Of a stretch of 64,000 bases of DNA, positions 61,366-64,000 are shown one piece after another. The position numbers were made by a program, and so were the translations under genes. Origin of the DNA: Malacoraja senta (Eukaryota); contig CM075987.1 of assembly GCA_038087875.1 (NCBI GenBank), positions 23,128,001-23,192,000 on the forward strand, written 5' to 3'. Each line of letters begins with the position of its first letter. Position 1 is the stretch's first letter. The notes below the pieces were generated by a model, which was not told where the DNA came from, made no database searches, and saw nothing but the letters and a program-made list of their open reading frames with translations.

Positions 61366-61769
61366 CCCGTTTTTACGGCCCTCTTTATAATGGATTTGAG
61401 TTTAGTTTTAGTTTGAATTTAGTTTATTTTCCCGTGTACCGAGGTACAGTGAGAATCTTTTGTTGCGTGCTGTCCGGGATCTCGATTATGGCGGACATAC
61501 CAGGCGCAATGCAGATACCATCCCCGGCAGAATCCACCGCGCCGCTTCCTCGGCCGCTCCTGCCAACGCCACCGCCACCGCCGGCTGTACCCTTGGCCGC
61601 CCCATCCACCACCACCACCTGTATTGAGCTATTGAGACCTTGGAGCTTTGTCGCTTTGGGGCTATGCTTCAATGTTGCTGCTGAGAAAAAGCACCTCTCT
61701 ATCAGTGGGGTCCTTGCTCAGCTGAAATGTTATTGCTGGGACTCTCCACAAGAAATACCATATATTACA

Positions 61770-62392
61770 TAAGTTCATATGTTCATAAGTTTAGGAGCAG
61801 AATTAGGCCATTTGGCCCATCTAGTCTCCTCCGCCATTCGATCATCTTTCCCTCTCATCCCCATTGTGTGCGGTTTTGGTCTCCAAATTTAAGGAAGGAC
61901 ATTCTTGCTATTGAGGGAGTGCAGCGTAGGTTTACAAGGTTAATTCCCGGGACGGCGGGACTGTCATATGCTGAGAGAATGGAGTGGCTGGGCTTGTACA
62001 CCCTGGAATTTAGAAGGATGAGAGGATATCTTATTGAAACATATAAGATTATTAAGGGTTTGGACACGCTAGAGGCAGGAAACATGTTCCCGATGTTGGG
62101 GGAGTCCAGGACCTGGGGCCACAGTTTAAGAATAAGGGGTAAGCCATTTAGAACGGAGATGAGGAAACACTTCTTCACACAGAGAGTTGTGAGTCTGTGG
62201 AATTCTCTGCCTCATAGCGGAGTCAGGGGATATGGGGAGAAGGCAGGAACGGGGTACTGATTGTGGATGATCAGCCATGATCACATTGAATGGCGGTGCT
62301 GGCTCGAAGGGCCGAATGGCCTACTCCTGCATCTATTGTCTATTGTCGTTCTCCTGCCTTCTCCCCATAACCCCTGAGACCCGTACTGATCA
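61770..62392. mobile_element. Young CR1 (+; 61863-62347, with an internal deletion) nested in an older antisense CR1 tail
   Basis: Encodes CVRFWSPNLRKDILAIEGVQRR...GEKAGTGY. The flanks join as ...ccccatt|ctcctgccttctcccc. Confidence 0.9.
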
Positions 62393-62904
62393 AAGTAAGA
62401 ATAACACATTCATTCATTGTAAATTAATAAATAGGAAAAAAAATGGTCTCTGGGGCAGCCGTTCAACTCAAAACCCTGTGGTTCTGCATCAAGGTGGCCT
62501 CTAGTGTTGTAACGATTGAAAGGAGAAGTAAAAGCCTGGGATTTGTAAATGAATCTGGATCCAGTGTGTAGGAAGGGGTTGGAGAGGCTTCAGTGTTTCC
62601 ATTCAACCACCTGGTGCCAAACAGGACGATGAGGAATAACAAGCGCCCAGAAGCACGAGTGTGAAAAACATGTTGTTGTTGGTGTGTGTGCGTTTTGCTC
62701 GACAGGTGAATGGGTTCGCAGCGGGGCAGAGGCAACAAATGATGTCACGCAGAGGAGCTCTGGGAGTTCTCTCCCCGCGGGGAACCTGTGACTTCACTGC
62801 GTTAAATGAAACTGACAATTGTTCTCAGGCTGAACCAGTCACACCAAACAAGTGCCGTCTCCACGTGAGAGTTATCAACCGCCTACCCATGACATACTTC
62901 CGTT

Positions 62905-63200
62905 ACAATCCCATCGCAACCACCAGGTTCAAGGATAAATTCTTCCTGACAACCATCATGTTAATTGTACATGGATAAGATAGGTTTGGAGGGATATGGG
63001 CCAAACGCAGGCAGGTGGGACTAGTGTAGATGGGACATGTTGGCCGGTGTGGGAAAGTTGCGCTAAAGGGCCTGTTTCCACACTGTAAGACTCTATGATT
63101 CTGCGACTCTATTACACAACACTAACCTTAACTGTGAACTTCTATGGTTGACTTTGGTTGCACTAAGGACTTTAGCTTTTATTTTGCAAGAGCACTGTGA
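62905..63200 (+). mobile_element. Rex1 3' remnant interrupted by a CR1 tail (about 62968-63100)
   Basis: Encodes TTRFKDKFFLTTI; CR1 tail gggcctgtttccacactgt. Confidence 0.6.
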
Positions 63201-63259
63201 TTATAAATTTATAAATTTAATGATTGAAAAAAAATTGTATGATGCTATATTTTTGGAGT

Positions 63260-64000
63260 CAGTGATTTACCCCCCCACCACCGCAAAGCTCTTCCACAAT
63301 CTACAAAGCACAAGTCAGGAGCGTGATGGGTTAGTGCCCACTAGCCTGGATGAGTGCAGCTCCGACAAGGGTCGGCACGGTGGCCCATCGGCAGAGTTGC
63401 TTCCTTACAGCGCCAGAGACCCGGGTTTTATCCCGACTACGGGTGCTGTCTGTACGGAGTTTGTACGTTCTCCCCGTGACCTGCGTGGGTTTTCCCCGGG
63501 ATCTCCGGTTTCCTCCCACACTCCAAAGACGTGCCGGTTTGTAGGTTAATTGGTTTTGGTAAAATTGTCCCTAGTGTGTAGGATAGTGTGTGTGTGTGTA
63601 GGGGTCGCTGGTCGGTGTGGACTAAGTGGGCCCAAGGCCATGCTCCATGCTGTATCACTAAACTAAACTCTCAATATACTCCACACCACCCAGGACAAAG
63701 CAGTCTGCTCGATTGTCATTCCATCAACCACATAAATGGCACAGAGAGCATTGGCCGAAGGGCCCTTCCAAGGAAGCACTGCTCGATGTTCGAAGCAATC
63801 ATTCCATCCAGTGCATGGTGGCTGTAGATCATTCTAAATACAAAACTCATTGTTATCACTCACCTTGGATACTCCACCAGCACCTTCCAAACTCACAACC
63901 TGGACAAACAACGCAAGACCAACATGTATGGCTCTCCTCGAAGTTGCACAACACTTTGACTTGGAAGTATATCACAGGTCTTCATTATCACTGGGTCTAA
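63260..64000 (+). mobile_element. Ancient CR1-group LINE 3' part with a full-length HE1-like SINE inserted (63369-63668)
   Basis: Encodes YKAQVRSVM..PLAWMSAAP before the SINE and TTQDKAVCSI after it. Confidence 0.8.

Noticed and set aside
62705..62790. Candidate exon 2 for the signal-peptide exon (ctcgacag|GT)
   Set aside because: The phase-1 frame stops after about 28 codons and shows no Ig-domain features.

Overview
This is repeat-dense vertebrate DNA. The repeat inventory (HE1-type V-SINEs, CR1/HER1 LINEs, Deu-domain SINE remnants) points to a cartilaginous fish, probably a skate or ray; the species is an inference. There is one 200-N assembly gap (49919-50118). Most of the window is transposon-derived or simple sequence: many CR1 fragments, a young Rex1/Babar fragment, L2, Tx1 and RTE remnants, about 14 HE1-like SINEs, one teleost-like CORE-SINE, a hAT MITE, Harbinger MITEs, a solo LTR and several minisatellites. 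Penelope-like element ends are abundant. Many are fold-back copies with target-site duplications, and they carry a minimal hammerhead-ribozyme core (CTGAAGA-stem II-GAAACGTY). Most of the ORF track is spurious. The best host-gene signal is a signal-peptide first exon at 56408-56459 (+; MQSESRWILVILCLCQI, phase-1 donor), tentatively KIRREL1/NEPH1-like, overlapped by an upstream ORF. Weaker signals are a CpG-rich promoter at about 2.9-3.0 kb, an unidentified two-exon model at 33.7-34.4 kb and several repeat-free, motif-rich islands. Repeat boundaries are approximate unless a TSD is quoted, and family names come from recalled consensus similarity, not database searches.
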